From positions 1 through 24,292 of the IMG/VR virus record IMGVR_UViG_3300044657_000762: a DNA stretch of 24,292 nucleotides; one strand, given 5' to 3'. How positions within the stretch are numbered: position 1 is the stretch's first letter; every line of letters starts with the position of its first letter. The notes under the pieces are model-generated. The model was given only the letters and a program-made list of their open reading frames with translations, was not told where the DNA came from and did no database searches. This DNA comes from a virus (taxonomy: Duplodnaviria; Caudoviricetes). Positions 1-9,800 of the stretch are shown piece after piece. Made by a program: the position numbers and the translations under genes.

Positions 1-2
1 GC

Positions 3-1697
3 AACCTCGGTCAGAATCACCGTGCAGTCCGCAATGTCAGGGGACATGCCATACACTGACTTCATGTCACGCTTTGTTTGCAGTTTGAGTTTACGACGTT
101 CGTCGTCAAACTCACGCGAACAGAATTCCTTGGCCGTCCACGGGTCAATGCCCCTTAGCTGACCGGCCTGTAAATACTCACGGGCAGTAAACCAAAGCTC
201 AGTCACCCTACGATCATATACCTCTTTGGCAGGTCTCATGTCCTCGCTCGATACAGGTAAATCACTGGGTGCGCCACCGAACTCAACGCGAATAATTCTA
301 GGAGACCACTGCTTGGCCAAGATGTCTGCCAAACCACCACCTTCACCACTTGCATCTATCCCAAAATCCTCTGGTCGGCACCCACGCTCCTCACACTTGG
401 ACTGGATCATCCCAGCCAACTGAAAGTGGACAGGCTCGCTGGAAGACGCATCTATCTCAAGCTCCTCAAACAACTCCAGCTCAATACCAGGCTTACCACT
501 GTCAGTGATACCACAAACCGCAAACCTTAAAACAGCACGGTCACCCCCACCGAATGCAGGGTCACATGCACCGATGACTTTGATCTCACGACGAAACATA
601 TAGCCCAAGTGCGCTTGCATCTTGGCCAGTAAGGTTTCGTTGAAGACCGTCTTCAGCACACCACTCGGAGCCCAGAACCCACGGTAGAACTTCCAGAACA
701 ACGGAGACTCAGGTCCATACTTTCTACGAGCACCCCCAAGCTGATGCTCCGTCATCAAATACTTGTAGGTCGTTTTACCGAGGATAATATTAGGAGACTT
801 CTCAGCATCAAACCGAAGGCAATATCCCGGATGACCGTTTAACTGAATACCAGTTTCCCAATCCTCCGTCTCAACACCCACAGAAGCCCACCCTTCTTTT
901 GGTTCGCTGAACTTCCCGTGCGGGTCGTAGTGACTGTTTGGGTTTCCGATGACGAGCATCTGGAATTTTTCACAACCTGCATAAAGGTTCGCGGTCGCAT
1001 CAAAAATGGCTTGGGGAGTGTCCGTAGCTTCATCGATTACTATCAGCACCCTGCTTGTATGGATCCCTTGAATGTGACCCACGGCAGCGGCTGTGTTGCC
1101 GTCCTTTACGGCTAGACCAAAGATTGCGTTCTTTTCGTCGCCCTTGACCGCTTGCCATACAGTCTTGGAATCAACCATGTTCCCCGGTGGATTCCATTCC
1201 ATGGACGTATAGAGTTTCTGGATCTCGCTCCACATACGCTTGCGAAGCATCCCCTTGGTAGTGGAAGTAAGCACTGCTGCACTGACATCCGGTTGGCAGA
1301 TCCACCAAACCGTGGCGTAGAGTGCTCCAGCAAAAGTCTTACCTGATGCCGCGCATCCAGTCCAACTGACGAAGTCATTATCACAAAGTGACTGAATCGC
1401 TTTCTCAAGCCACATGTTCCATTCGATCTTCGGCCACAGGATCGAGACGATGCTCCTGAAGTTATCGAAGCGAGTGCATCGTGCTTTCTGAAGACCTTTA
1501 TACGCCACGAACGACAACATCTCATAGTGGAGCTGTGTCAGTCCTTGGATCTTATCGTAGCCGTATGTGCGAAGTTCGTAGTCCTTGGACTCATCCAGTC
1601 GCTTGATCAAGTCTCCCATGGCAGTGCTGTTAGCTATCTGCCGTTTACGAGCGTCAAGCTTCTCCTTGGTAGCTTTTTTGGAGATAGCTTTTGCCAT
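3..1697 (-). CDS. terL: Terminase large subunit (partial; 3' end runs off the window; absent from the ORF track)
   Basis: Manual translation from ATG 1697 (MAKAISKKATKEKLD...). In one frame it shows Walker A GCAASGKT (~1335-1358), Walker B VLIVIDEA (~1026-1049), coupling motif VIGNP (~940), RNase H-like nuclease motif ACDPAFGGGD (~540-570) and SPDIAD (~30-45). Confidence 0.93.
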   Translation of the reverse strand, partial: MAKAISKKATKEKLDARKRQIANSTAMGDLIKRLDESKDYELRTYGYDKIQGLTQLHYEMLSFVAYKGLQKARCTRFDNFRSIVSILWPKIEWNMWLEKAIQSLCDNDFVSWTGCAASGKTFAGALYATVWWICQPDVSAAVLTSTTKGMLRKRMWSEIQKLYTSMEWNPPGNMVDSKTVWQAVKGDEKNAIFGLAVKDGNTAAAVGHIQGIHTSRVLIVIDEATDTPQAIFDATANLYAGCEKFQMLVIGNPNSHYDPHGKFSEPKEGWASVGVETEDWETGIQLNGHPGYCLRFDAEKSPNIILGKTTYKYLMTEHQLGGARRKYGPESPLFWKFYRGFWAPSGVLKTVFNETLLAKMQAHLGYMFRREIKVIGACDPAFGGGDRAVLRFAVCGITDSGKPGIELELFEELEIDASSSEPVHFQLAGMIQSKCEERGCRPEDFGIDASGEGGGLADILAKQWSPRIIRVEFGGAPSDLPVSSEDMRPAKEVYDRRVTELWFTAREYLQAGQLRGIDPWTAKEFCSREFDDERRKLKLQTKRDMKSVYGMSPDIADCTVILTEV

Positions 1698-1699
1698 GA

Positions 1700-4600
1700 T
1701 CAGTATCCAGCGGCTTTAGCTGCTTTGGCAGCAGGGTCAGTAAGGTCTTTTGAAAGTCTAGCCCCGCCAACCGTGTCCGTTATGTTCCTCTGCCACTTGT
1801 CTAATTGTTTCCTAGTCAATCCAGGGACATACTTCAACGCGCCTACATACAAGTCAGAGTATTCTTTGGCGATGGCTTGAATCCTAGCGTCTTCTTTATC
1901 CTGCAAAGCTTTAGCTTCTTCGGGTTTACCCGCTGCGATGAGTTCGTCTAGGTCTCGCTTTGGAACGATGCGTTTAGCTTCGCGGACACGCCTCTCAAAA
2001 TTCTGCATCTGTCCCCGTAAAGCTCCCTCCCATTCATAGCCGTAAGTCCGAACACCCATATAGCTCATGAGTTCCTCTTCGACAGAATATTCGCGCCCGA
2101 AAGGTTTTTTCCCATCGGATAACATCCTTGGGAGTTTCCTTACAATTGTTTTAGCTATACCAGGAGAAATCGAAATACCAGCTTCGGTTGCCCTTTTTAT
2201 CATCTGATCCCGCATGGGAAGCTCCGTATTAGCAACCTTAATGCCTCTACTAGGATCATAGTTTTGTATTAAAATCTGAAGAGCTTGAACTAAAGGATGT
2301 AACCCACCAACGGTGTCTTTGAGGGAATCAGCCATCTTGGTAAGCGCATCTCCGAAAGACTCTCCCTTCATAGCGGCTTTAAAAGGAACTCCTAAAAGAG
2401 CATCAGGCAGGATGTAGGACAACGGGTTGTATGCAAACCCTTTTTCGTCAAATTTAACTACTGCCGTTGATTGATTTTCATCCCAAGGAGGTAGGAGGTT
2501 CTCGGAAATCCAGTCACCCGCTTCAGGTGTATACTCGTCGTCGTTGGACCCCAACCAACCCATCAACGCTTCCAACATGGTTCGCCCACCCGCAACCGCT
2601 GCTGAAATCAAAGCCATACCCGATACAGCTCTACGGTATCCTCTTGCCCTGTCTACTAGGTTGGCAGAGGTTATTTCCTTAGAAGCTATAGCACCTTGAT
2701 TGTAAGTATTTCGGACAAGCTCGATTTGCCATGATATAAAAGCATTCAGTAAAGACAAAGAACTTGCCTCTTTTATAGAAGGAGCGATGGTCGATGGAGT
2801 AGGAGTCGTCGCCATGGTTTTCTGAGCAGCAACTACCATAATATCCTCCAAGGTAGCATCTGGGTTCGAAGTAGCCTCCCCAATAGTTTCGACAAGGAAA
2901 GCGTTCATCTTCCCAGCAGCATCACCACCACCATAGGCTTTGGTTAAGGCTTTACCCGTGGCCTTCAAACCTTTGATGGGACTTAAAGACTTAATAGTTT
3001 CTTTATCCAACCGCTTTCCTAAACCCGACAACATACGCCTAGCGGTCAAATCTTTTAGGACATCTTTCTCTCTTTGATTTATTAGAGTCTCCTCAATATA
3101 GCGTAAATCTACATTATCGCTAAGTGCCCCATAGCGATAAGCTAAATCCTCTAGCAAAATGCTATTATCAGAGATAAACTTTGAAGGGTTCTTTAGTAAG
3201 TCAGAACCTTTTAAATTAAGAAGATCATCTTGGTCTTGTAAAGTCGGTAGGTTCTTGCCTGACTTTCTAAGCTTACGATTCTTCAAAAGCATAGTCACTG
3301 CCTTGGAATTTATAACCGTTGCATCAATCAAACCAATCCCAGCGGCGTAATTAGGCCACAATAATCTACCCTGCTTTACTTCATTTACCGCCGCCGCAAT
3401 ATACTGCGTGGAATAAGCCGCAGGATTTAGAATAACCAAATTGTATTTAGTAATACCCGCGAGCTTTTTTAGATTTCTCTTTATCCAACCCAATTCCGAA
3501 TCGATGTTTTGCCTTATGAAAAAAGATTGGAGTTCCCTAGCGTAATTTGGCGTAGTATACAGTGGTCGAAGCGACGGATACTTACGTTTACTTTGAATGC
3601 CTAGAGCAAAGTTGTCTTGAAAAATCTGCTGAGTAAATCCTTTGGATTTGTCTTCCTCATGAGATGCAATCCCAGATTCGACCATAAGCTCTGCTATTTG
3701 GTTCTGTTGCTGAAAACCCATCAACAGATTTATCTGTTTATCCAAAGTGAGTAATGTATTTGTTACTGGATCCTTTATCTCGCCCAATAATTCACGGATC
3801 GGCTTTGAAAGCTGTTTACGTTTGTATAGCAACCTAACTGGAATTCCTCGAATAGAACTAAGACCCATAGTCCACTCAAAGGTAGAGTCTCTGTCGGTCG
3901 TCATTTCCCTAGCAATCTCAACTGCCTCCTGCTCGGTTATAGGATTATCTTGATTTTTCTTCTTAGAGTTGACTGTAGACAATATATCTTTCACCGCTGC
4001 GTCTCGTATAGCAGTTGGTATAGTGTTCCAATTCCAGTCGTAAGCTTTATTGAATACCTTATAGCTCCTAGTTAGATATTCCCCTATAGCACTCTCAAAA
4101 GTAGCTTTGTCCTCCTCTGCAACTATGCCCGAATCGATCATCTTCTGACTCAGATAATCGATCATTTTTCTGGACTGATCCAAGTTCTCAACTACATCAC
4201 GGGCAAGCTGCTTGTCTGACTCTGTCAAAGCATAGTTCGCGCCACGATGGGCAAACAAACGACTTGCAAACTTGCCAAAGTCTACATTCTTAATTGCATC
4301 CTTGTCCCGTAATAACTCATCTAAAGGAGCAATGTTCCTCTGTTCTACCGGTAATTTTCTACCAGTTGAATCCACGAACACTTTAGTGAGGTTGGATTCA
4401 AAAGCGTTGACTAAAGTATCTACGCTCTTCTTTAAACCAGCGGCTTGCGTTTTAACAAAGTTAGTGGCTCGGTTAGCAGCGTCTTTAGGTTTCCCCCCAA
4501 AAAGCCGTTCTCGGAACCGATCCCCAAACGAAAACAAACTATCAACATTGAAACTAAGCTTACCTCCTTTGTAACTCAATAAAGGACGAAGTGTGGGATC

Positions 4601-6253
4601 AACCGCACCTACAATGAACAAACCAGAGCGTTCTGCCGCTGGGTCGGTCACTACTTCAGCGAAAGGGGACGGAGGTTCTTTTTCTACGTTAGATATTACT
4701 TGGTCTTCTACTATTTTAGATGCGGCATCTAACGCCTGAGTTTGTTTTACCTCAAGCTCCTTGCGCTTCAACTCAAGTCCTCGTTGCTGGGATTTCAGAC
4801 GAGCTTGATACTCACGCATTGAGGCTGGAGTTTCTTTAGCTGAAGGAAACGTGCTCTGGAGAGACTCCAACTGAGTCGTAAGAGCATCGACCTGTTTGTT
4901 TAGATTTGAAACTTCATCTGTAAGGGTATTCGCAGTCTCAATAGTAGACACCTGCTCGGCAGTCATAGCCTCCGTCACTTCAAATCTTGGAGGAGCGGCC
5001 TCAGTTACAGGAGCTGCACCCTCAGTTACAGGAGCTGCACCCTCAGTTACAGGAGCTGCCTCAGTTACAGGAACTGCACCCTCAGTTACAGGAACTGTAC
5101 CCTCAGTTACAGGAACTGTACCCTCAGTTACAGGAACTGTACCCTCAGTTACAGGAGCTGCACCCTCAGTTACAGGAGCTGCACCCTCAGTTACCGTAGG
5201 CTCCATAGGAGCTGTCTGAGCTATTTCCTCTACAGACCTTGTCCCGGTGATCCGTTCCGTCTCTTCTATGACGGGTTCCGCAACAGGAGTGGGTATAAAT
5301 TCGGTGGATTCAGCCACAGCTTCATCCGTAGCAGGAGTCGTAGAAGGTCCACGTCTAAATCTTCCACCTAAGCCAGATGCTATCCCAGATAGAATAATTC
5401 CAGTTATCCCCCCAACCGAGGCAGATTCTGGAATACCCTCAAACGTCTCCCTGTCTGCGTCGTATCCAAGTTGCTGTGCTGTTACATTCTGGGCTAACTG
5501 CTGAACAGTTTCTTGAACGGCTTCTTCCCCACCCTCAAGCGCAGCGTCTAAAATGGCTTTCTTAATTGGAGAAGATGCATTCCCAGATACACGATCAAGA
5601 ATTCTATTCAAAGGGATAAGCTCAGTGAGACCAACACCGGCACCCAATGCAGCGGCTTTAAAAGCCGTATTCTCATTCGCACCAGATTGTTTGGCATCCT
5701 CATAAAATTCAGAAGCACTAGCCGAAGATCCCAATGCAGCTATACCTGTAGTCCCTGCCCCCGCAGCCCTAGAGGCAACACCTCCTGCCATAAATCCAGC
5801 TGCGGACCCCAATCCTTGGCCAATCTTAGCTGCCCAAGTATCTCTCGCTTGATCATCAATAGGGAACTTTTCGTCAGCAGCTTCTCTAATCACTTCACCT
5901 AACTGGTAGGTTACAAATTCTTCTGGAGATGTATCTTTACCTCTTAACTTATCTATAGCAGAAGCACCCAACGCTATAGACTTAGGGACTGAGGCAAATA
6001 CATCCAAGGCTCCTTTGAAGGCTCCTTTAATACCTACTTCGCCAAATTCAGATACGGCAGCTACGGAGGTAGCCACAGGAGCCGAACCCATATTCGATTT
6101 TAAAACATTCTGGTAGTCCTGCTTGAACTCAGGATCCTCACTCAAAAAGTCTTTCTGAGTAGCTCCGATGAACTCAATCAAGTCCTCGTCCGATTCCTTT
6201 AGAAAAGCGGGTTCTACCTCACGAAAGAACTGAAGTACATCTTTAGTTGCCAT
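1700..6253 (-). CDS. Large internal virion / DNA ejection protein, 1517 aa
   Basis: Long ORF with a Gly/Ala-rich N-terminal region (EGGEEAVQETVQQ...NV, a motif seen in podovirus ejection proteins), a repeat linker, a coiled coil and a helical C-terminal region. It lies after the tail genes and before terL. Confidence 0.7.
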   Translation of the reverse strand: MATKDVLQFFREVEPAFLKESDEDLIEFIGATQKDFLSEDPEFKQDYQNVLKSNMGSAPVATSVAAVSEFGEVGIKGAFKGALDVFASVPKSIALGASAIDKLRGKDTSPEEFVTYQLGEVIREAADEKFPIDDQARDTWAAKIGQGLGSAAGFMAGGVASRAAGAGTTGIAALGSSASASEFYEDAKQSGANENTAFKAAALGAGVGLTELIPLNRILDRVSGNASSPIKKAILDAALEGGEEAVQETVQQLAQNVTAQQLGYDADRETFEGIPESASVGGITGIILSGIASGLGGRFRRGPSTTPATDEAVAESTEFIPTPVAEPVIEETERITGTRSVEEIAQTAPMEPTVTEGAAPVTEGAAPVTEGTVPVTEGTVPVTEGTVPVTEGAVPVTEAAPVTEGAAPVTEGAAPVTEAAPPRFEVTEAMTAEQVSTIETANTLTDEVSNLNKQVDALTTQLESLQSTFPSAKETPASMREYQARLKSQQRGLELKRKELEVKQTQALDAASKIVEDQVISNVEKEPPSPFAEVVTDPAAERSGLFIVGAVDPTLRPLLSYKGGKLSFNVDSLFSFGDRFRERLFGGKPKDAANRATNFVKTQAAGLKKSVDTLVNAFESNLTKVFVDSTGRKLPVEQRNIAPLDELLRDKDAIKNVDFGKFASRLFAHRGANYALTESDKQLARDVVENLDQSRKMIDYLSQKMIDSGIVAEEDKATFESAIGEYLTRSYKVFNKAYDWNWNTIPTAIRDAAVKDILSTVNSKKKNQDNPITEQEAVEIAREMTTDRDSTFEWTMGLSSIRGIPVRLLYKRKQLSKPIRELLGEIKDPVTNTLLTLDKQINLLMGFQQQNQIAELMVESGIASHEEDKSKGFTQQIFQDNFALGIQSKRKYPSLRPLYTTPNYARELQSFFIRQNIDSELGWIKRNLKKLAGITKYNLVILNPAAYSTQYIAAAVNEVKQGRLLWPNYAAGIGLIDATVINSKAVTMLLKNRKLRKSGKNLPTLQDQDDLLNLKGSDLLKNPSKFISDNSILLEDLAYRYGALSDNVDLRYIEETLINQREKDVLKDLTARRMLSGLGKRLDKETIKSLSPIKGLKATGKALTKAYGGGDAAGKMNAFLVETIGEATSNPDATLEDIMVVAAQKTMATTPTPSTIAPSIKEASSLSLLNAFISWQIELVRNTYNQGAIASKEITSANLVDRARGYRRAVSGMALISAAVAGGRTMLEALMGWLGSNDDEYTPEAGDWISENLLPPWDENQSTAVVKFDEKGFAYNPLSYILPDALLGVPFKAAMKGESFGDALTKMADSLKDTVGGLHPLVQALQILIQNYDPSRGIKVANTELPMRDQMIKRATEAGISISPGIAKTIVRKLPRMLSDGKKPFGREYSVEEELMSYMGVRTYGYEWEGALRGQMQNFERRVREAKRIVPKRDLDELIAAGKPEEAKALQDKEDARIQAIAKEYSDLYVGALKYVPGLTRKQLDKWQRNITDTVGGARLSKDLTDPAAKAAKAAGY
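4991..5194 (-). repeat. In-frame tandem repeat, 10 units (8 x 21 nt + 2 x 18 nt) encoding VTEG(A/T)(A/V)P / VTEAAP
   Basis: The unit cctcagttacagga(g/a)ctg(c/t)ac is directly visible and repeated. Confidence 0.97.
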
Positions 6254-6256
6254 AGA

Positions 6257-7228
6257 TTAATTGCGAGATTTCCTATCTCGGTACTGGTCTAATAAAGATT
6301 TTGAACTAGTAGGAGGGGTGGGTTCGGGTAAACTAATCCCTCGTCTGGTTGCTTCTTGACGTAACCATTGCTCGTTATTCTTGAGGTCCTGTTTCTGATT
6401 CTCATCCAGATTTCCAAGATTAGTTGTAGCTATGCCTAAAAACCTACGTTGGAGTTCCGCATCACTCAAACCTTTGAACTCAGCAGTGGCTTCATCCTTT
6501 TTATTACTAAGGAATAACTGCCCTCCAGGATAATTTATATTAACCCCCGTCGCCAAGGGTGTTGTTTCCAAAAAAGAAACACCCGTTTTAATAACTTCCT
6601 TTGCTATCTCCTGCTCCTTAACTCCTGTAATCCGGTCTAGCAAGTCCTTCATCCCAGGATAAGTATTCGGGATCAGGTCTGGAGGAACGTGACGAGACAA
6701 AGCCTCTCTCATGTTATCCATCTCAAACAGACGAGTGCCTCTCGCACTTGTTAGGAAGTCATTTTTCGCAGAAAATATTTTACCCGCTGTAGACTGAGAT
6801 ACATCAGAGGGAATTTGAAACTTATTTAAGCTATTTATGTCCCCAGCGACCAGAAGCTGGTTCATGGTGTTGATAGCCTCCGTATACACAAGCGAGTCCT
6901 GCAACTCAGCCTCTGCCTCGTTAGCTTCCAAGCTGTTTTTGTAATAATTTTGAGCGTCTATGGCCGCCTGTCTATCCTCGGCGGCCTTACGTTGCAAAGC
7001 GTAGTTCGCATCCTGAAGCTTCAACTGATCCTGCGCCAAACGTGTGCTGGCTGGAGTTGCTGCACGGGTAATTCCCTTCAGGATAGTTCGGCCCAAACCT
7101 GGAACTTCTTCCCCAGGCTCAAGCTTACCCTGTCGGGCGCGTTCCATCATGGAACGACGTTCTGCACCGGCTTCCATGCCAACGCCCATGCTTTCAAAAA
7201 AGCCTAAAAATGGATTGTCTTCTGCCAT
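6257..7228 (-). CDS. Probable internal virion / ejection protein, 323 aa
   Basis: Helical Q/A/E-rich ORF tightly packed between two other probable ejection genes. The function is inferred from synteny. Confidence 0.55.
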   Translation of the reverse strand: MAEDNPFLGFFESMGVGMEAGAERRSMMERARQGKLEPGEEVPGLGRTILKGITRAATPASTRLAQDQLKLQDANYALQRKAAEDRQAAIDAQNYYKNSLEANEAEAELQDSLVYTEAINTMNQLLVAGDINSLNKFQIPSDVSQSTAGKIFSAKNDFLTSARGTRLFEMDNMREALSRHVPPDLIPNTYPGMKDLLDRITGVKEQEIAKEVIKTGVSFLETTPLATGVNINYPGGQLFLSNKKDEATAEFKGLSDAELQRRFLGIATTNLGNLDENQKQDLKNNEQWLRQEATRRGISLPEPTPPTSSKSLLDQYRDRKSRN

Positions 7229-7232
7229 ATTG

Positions 7233-8087
7233 TTATCCCATTGACTGACCTATATTACCCAAAAACTTTCTCCAAAAGCCTGGTGGTGTTTGACCTGAAG
7301 GTTGCATTTGTGGACCCGCATATCCATCCGGTAAAGTGTAAGGAGATCTATAAGGGGTATATCCTGATCGGAAAGGAATGCCACCACCACCACCACCACC
7401 ACCACCATCAAACATAGAACCTCCCATTTGAGAACCCGCTTGGGCACCAGCCGGTCCTCCTACTGCGGCTCCTATAGCAGATCCGGCGACTTTAGCGGCT
7501 ACCTGCGCCATTCCTTTAGTAACTGGGTCTGCTTTTGCTCGTTCTTGTGCTGCTGCCATATCTCGTTGGAATTGTTGGTTTCGTTCTCCTTGGGCAAAAG
7601 CTATTCGGTCGCTGGGACTCATGAACATAGAGCTGACGCTCGTTCGTGGGACCATGGACGAATACTGCTGCAACGCTTGTGCAGCTTGGTTCGAGGCTCT
7701 GTCGATTACATCCAAGCTAGTTAGTCCTAAGTTACGTAGCTGATTGTATCCAGCAGCTTGACTGCCACTATATCCACCGAATTGGGACTGTATCGCTGAA
7801 CGATCTATTATCAGGTTACGAACGTCCTCTGGTAACTCACCACGCAAACCCGCTTGCAGATTAGAAACCTGCTGCTGGATTACTTGCTGGGTTCCTGGTG
7901 CTATTCGCTCCAGCACAGCCAACGCAGTATCCGCATCGGCTTCTCCAATGTTTTTGGTGATGCGTTGGGCTTCAGGTAACTGTTCCTGGATTGAGTCAAA
8001 GGCTTTTTGGATCTCAGCGTCTGGATCGATTTCCTTGAACTCAGGTACCTTAACTTTGGAACCAAATATTTTTGATAGGAATCCCAT
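7233..8087 (-). CDS. Probable small ejection / DNA-transfer protein, 284 aa
   Basis: MGFLSKIFG N-terminus, Q/A-rich body, Gly/Ala-rich GSAIGAAVGGPAGAQAG segment and Gly9 tract. These features resemble podovirus ejection proteins. Confidence 0.6.
   Translation of the reverse strand: MGFLSKIFGSKVKVPEFKEIDPDAEIQKAFDSIQEQLPEAQRITKNIGEADADTALAVLERIAPGTQQVIQQQVSNLQAGLRGELPEDVRNLIIDRSAIQSQFGGYSGSQAAGYNQLRNLGLTSLDVIDRASNQAAQALQQYSSMVPRTSVSSMFMSPSDRIAFAQGERNQQFQRDMAAAQERAKADPVTKGMAQVAAKVAGSAIGAAVGGPAGAQAGSQMGGSMFDGGGGGGGGGIPFRSGYTPYRSPYTLPDGYAGPQMQPSGQTPPGFWRKFLGNIGQSMG
7380..7406 (-). repeat. (GGT)n microsatellite encoding Gly9
   Basis: gcc followed by (acc)8 on the plus strand. Confidence 0.9.
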
Positions 8088-8091
8088 AAGA

Positions 8092-9096
8092 TTAAATTAT
8101 TTGAGGCATGCCACCGGCACCCCAGCTTTCAGATTGAATATTCATTGGTTCTACGTTGGATTTCCCTTGGTAATGTGTTAGCTCAACCTCCAACAAGCGG
8201 ATAGCTTCCCCAAAGTATCTGGCTGCTTCACCCACGTTCTGTTGCTCCTCCAGCTGCACTGCCTTGGCAGCGTTCTTCAGTGCAGGTAAATTGCCCAACA
8301 CAAACCAATCCGTGTCGCGCCTTACATCGATATGATCCAACTTCACGACTGCTCGCACGACTCGCTTGTCAGTAAGGGGATCTCCTGATCCGCACACATA
8401 CTGAGGGGCATCCCCAAGTCCTGGGATGATGCTTCGTCGATAGTCTGGAAGGGTTTCGTCCCATTCGTAATAGCCGATCGGCACGACGACTGACTCTCCA
8501 GTAACCTTTGCCAAATGAACCGGACCATTCGTAACCGGTTTCTGGACTCCAGTAATTGTAGTAAATATGTTGATCGACCCTGTCGGGGTCGTGCTGATGG
8601 TAATATATTCCCCGTCAACCCAAGTTCCGTTGTCGAGTGTTCTAATCCAATTCCCGTTTTCATCATAACCCTGAACAAGGAGCTTGGCCGATGCACTCTC
8701 GGATACTTCGCTGTAAACCCGCAAAGTCGAGGAGAAATCCGTCATGTCAAGGAACACAGGCGATCTACCACGATCCATTAGCTGCAACTCACTGGAGTTG
8801 CCGGTTGTCCTGATGCCAAACCCTGTCTGTAAATACTCAAACCAATTATTCCGAAGTGTGATCGGTTGATGGTTAACTGCCAAAGCCTCAATCGAGGCAA
8901 CCTGCCTCGGCCAAGTCATACACCCTTCTGAGCTGACACATATCTGGTAAGTCTGATACGTTCCCCAGAACAAACCCTGCATCATCAATCGTTGGTGCGC
9001 TTCGTTCACGATCTGCACCAACCTTGTGTCCTCTGGATCAAACCCGAGGAAATCCGGTATGCGCGATTGCTTTACTTGGCCTAAAGTCAGTTTCAT
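8092..9096 (-). CDS. Probable head-tail adaptor / tail tubular protein A-like, 334 aa
   Basis: Helical N- and C-termini (IVNEAHQRL; NLPALKNAAKA...YFGEAIRLL) flanking a beta-rich insert. It lies in the tail module next to the nozzle gene. Confidence 0.55.
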   Translation of the reverse strand: MKLTLGQVKQSRIPDFLGFDPEDTRLVQIVNEAHQRLMMQGLFWGTYQTYQICVSSEGCMTWPRQVASIEALAVNHQPITLRNNWFEYLQTGFGIRTTGNSSELQLMDRGRSPVFLDMTDFSSTLRVYSEVSESASAKLLVQGYDENGNWIRTLDNGTWVDGEYITISTTPTGSINIFTTITGVQKPVTNGPVHLAKVTGESVVVPIGYYEWDETLPDYRRSIIPGLGDAPQYVCGSGDPLTDKRVVRAVVKLDHIDVRRDTDWFVLGNLPALKNAAKAVQLEEQQNVGEAARYFGEAIRLLEVELTHYQGKSNVEPMNIQSESWGAGGMPQII

Positions 9097-9800
9097 CCTG
9101 CGTAATATTGTCTAGCGGTTCGTTTCAGGAAAAACACTCCGTAGTAAGGAGGCATGTTCGTGTGCGCCTGACCGCTACCGCCGCCGGTCACCGATACATC
9201 GGGGGTGGCACCTCCCGGAATAGTAACAATGTTCCTTTCGGCCATTAGCAACTCACCGGGCCCCGCAGCGTCATCTCCATTAACAGCCTTGTTCACTGTA
9301 AATAAATGACTATGATCCGGTAGTTGGTCTGAGGTCAATGTAACAGTTTCAGAACCTCCGGTGGTGCCAGAGTCTACCGCAGTTCCAGATGGCAGTGTAC
9401 CCGCTCCCAACGGGAACCTACCCGACATGTCAGTGTCGATTTCCCAGAACGGTCCAGTCGCACTTCCTACAGCTCCTACACTGCCTCCGTCCAACCGGTC
9501 TATGTCCGCAGACGATCCTTTGTAAATCTGCAATCGACTGTCACTCGGTGGTATGGCATGGGGCCATACCCAAGCTCCGTTGTAGTATACATACTGACGT
9601 ACTGGTGCGCCGCCGGATAGTTTGATCCATAGCTTGTCCTGGTCGTCAGCTCCTGGTGCGGTTTCGGAAATGATATACTTCAGGGAACCGTCCAACACAG
9701 TGCCAGTCATTTGTGAGACCCCGTCAACCCACATGGCTTGCAGAGAGTCGAAGCAACCGGAACTCAGCGTTCCCATCGATAGTGATATGTTTGTACTCAT
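9093..9800 (-). CDS. Tail collar / baseplate-like structural protein (likely start ATG 9800)
   Basis: The C-terminal pattern GRFPLGAG...TGGSETVTLT..QLP.HSH...H.NMPPYY.V.F..RTA is typical of tail collar / T4 gp10-gp12-like C-terminal domains. ATGA overlap with the upstream gene at 9797-9800. Confidence 0.7.
   Translation of the reverse strand: MSTNISLSMGTLSSGCFDSLQAMWVDGVSQMTGTVLDGSLKYIISETAPGADDQDKLWIKLSGGAPVRQYVYYNGAWVWPHAIPPSDSRLQIYKGSSADIDRLDGGSVGAVGSATGPFWEIDTDMSGRFPLGAGTLPSGTAVDSGTTGGSETVTLTSDQLPDHSHLFTVNKAVNGDDAAGPGELLMAERNIVTIPGGATPDVSVTGGGSGQAHTNMPPYYGVFFLKRTARQYYAG

Noticed and set aside
226-1880. Short track ORFs over the first 1.9 kb
   Set aside because: They are shadow frames of terL and the ejection gene.
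4896-5219. Plus-strand repeat ORFs (SVTGAAP / LQELHPQ)
   Set aside because: They are antisense readings of the VNTR in the 1517-aa gene.
6991-7000. GTTGCAAAGC (and GTTGCAAGG at ~14415) matching the conserved RNA loop as antisense targets
   Set aside because: Matches of 9-10 nt inside coding regions are plausible by chance in 24 kb and are not at translation starts.
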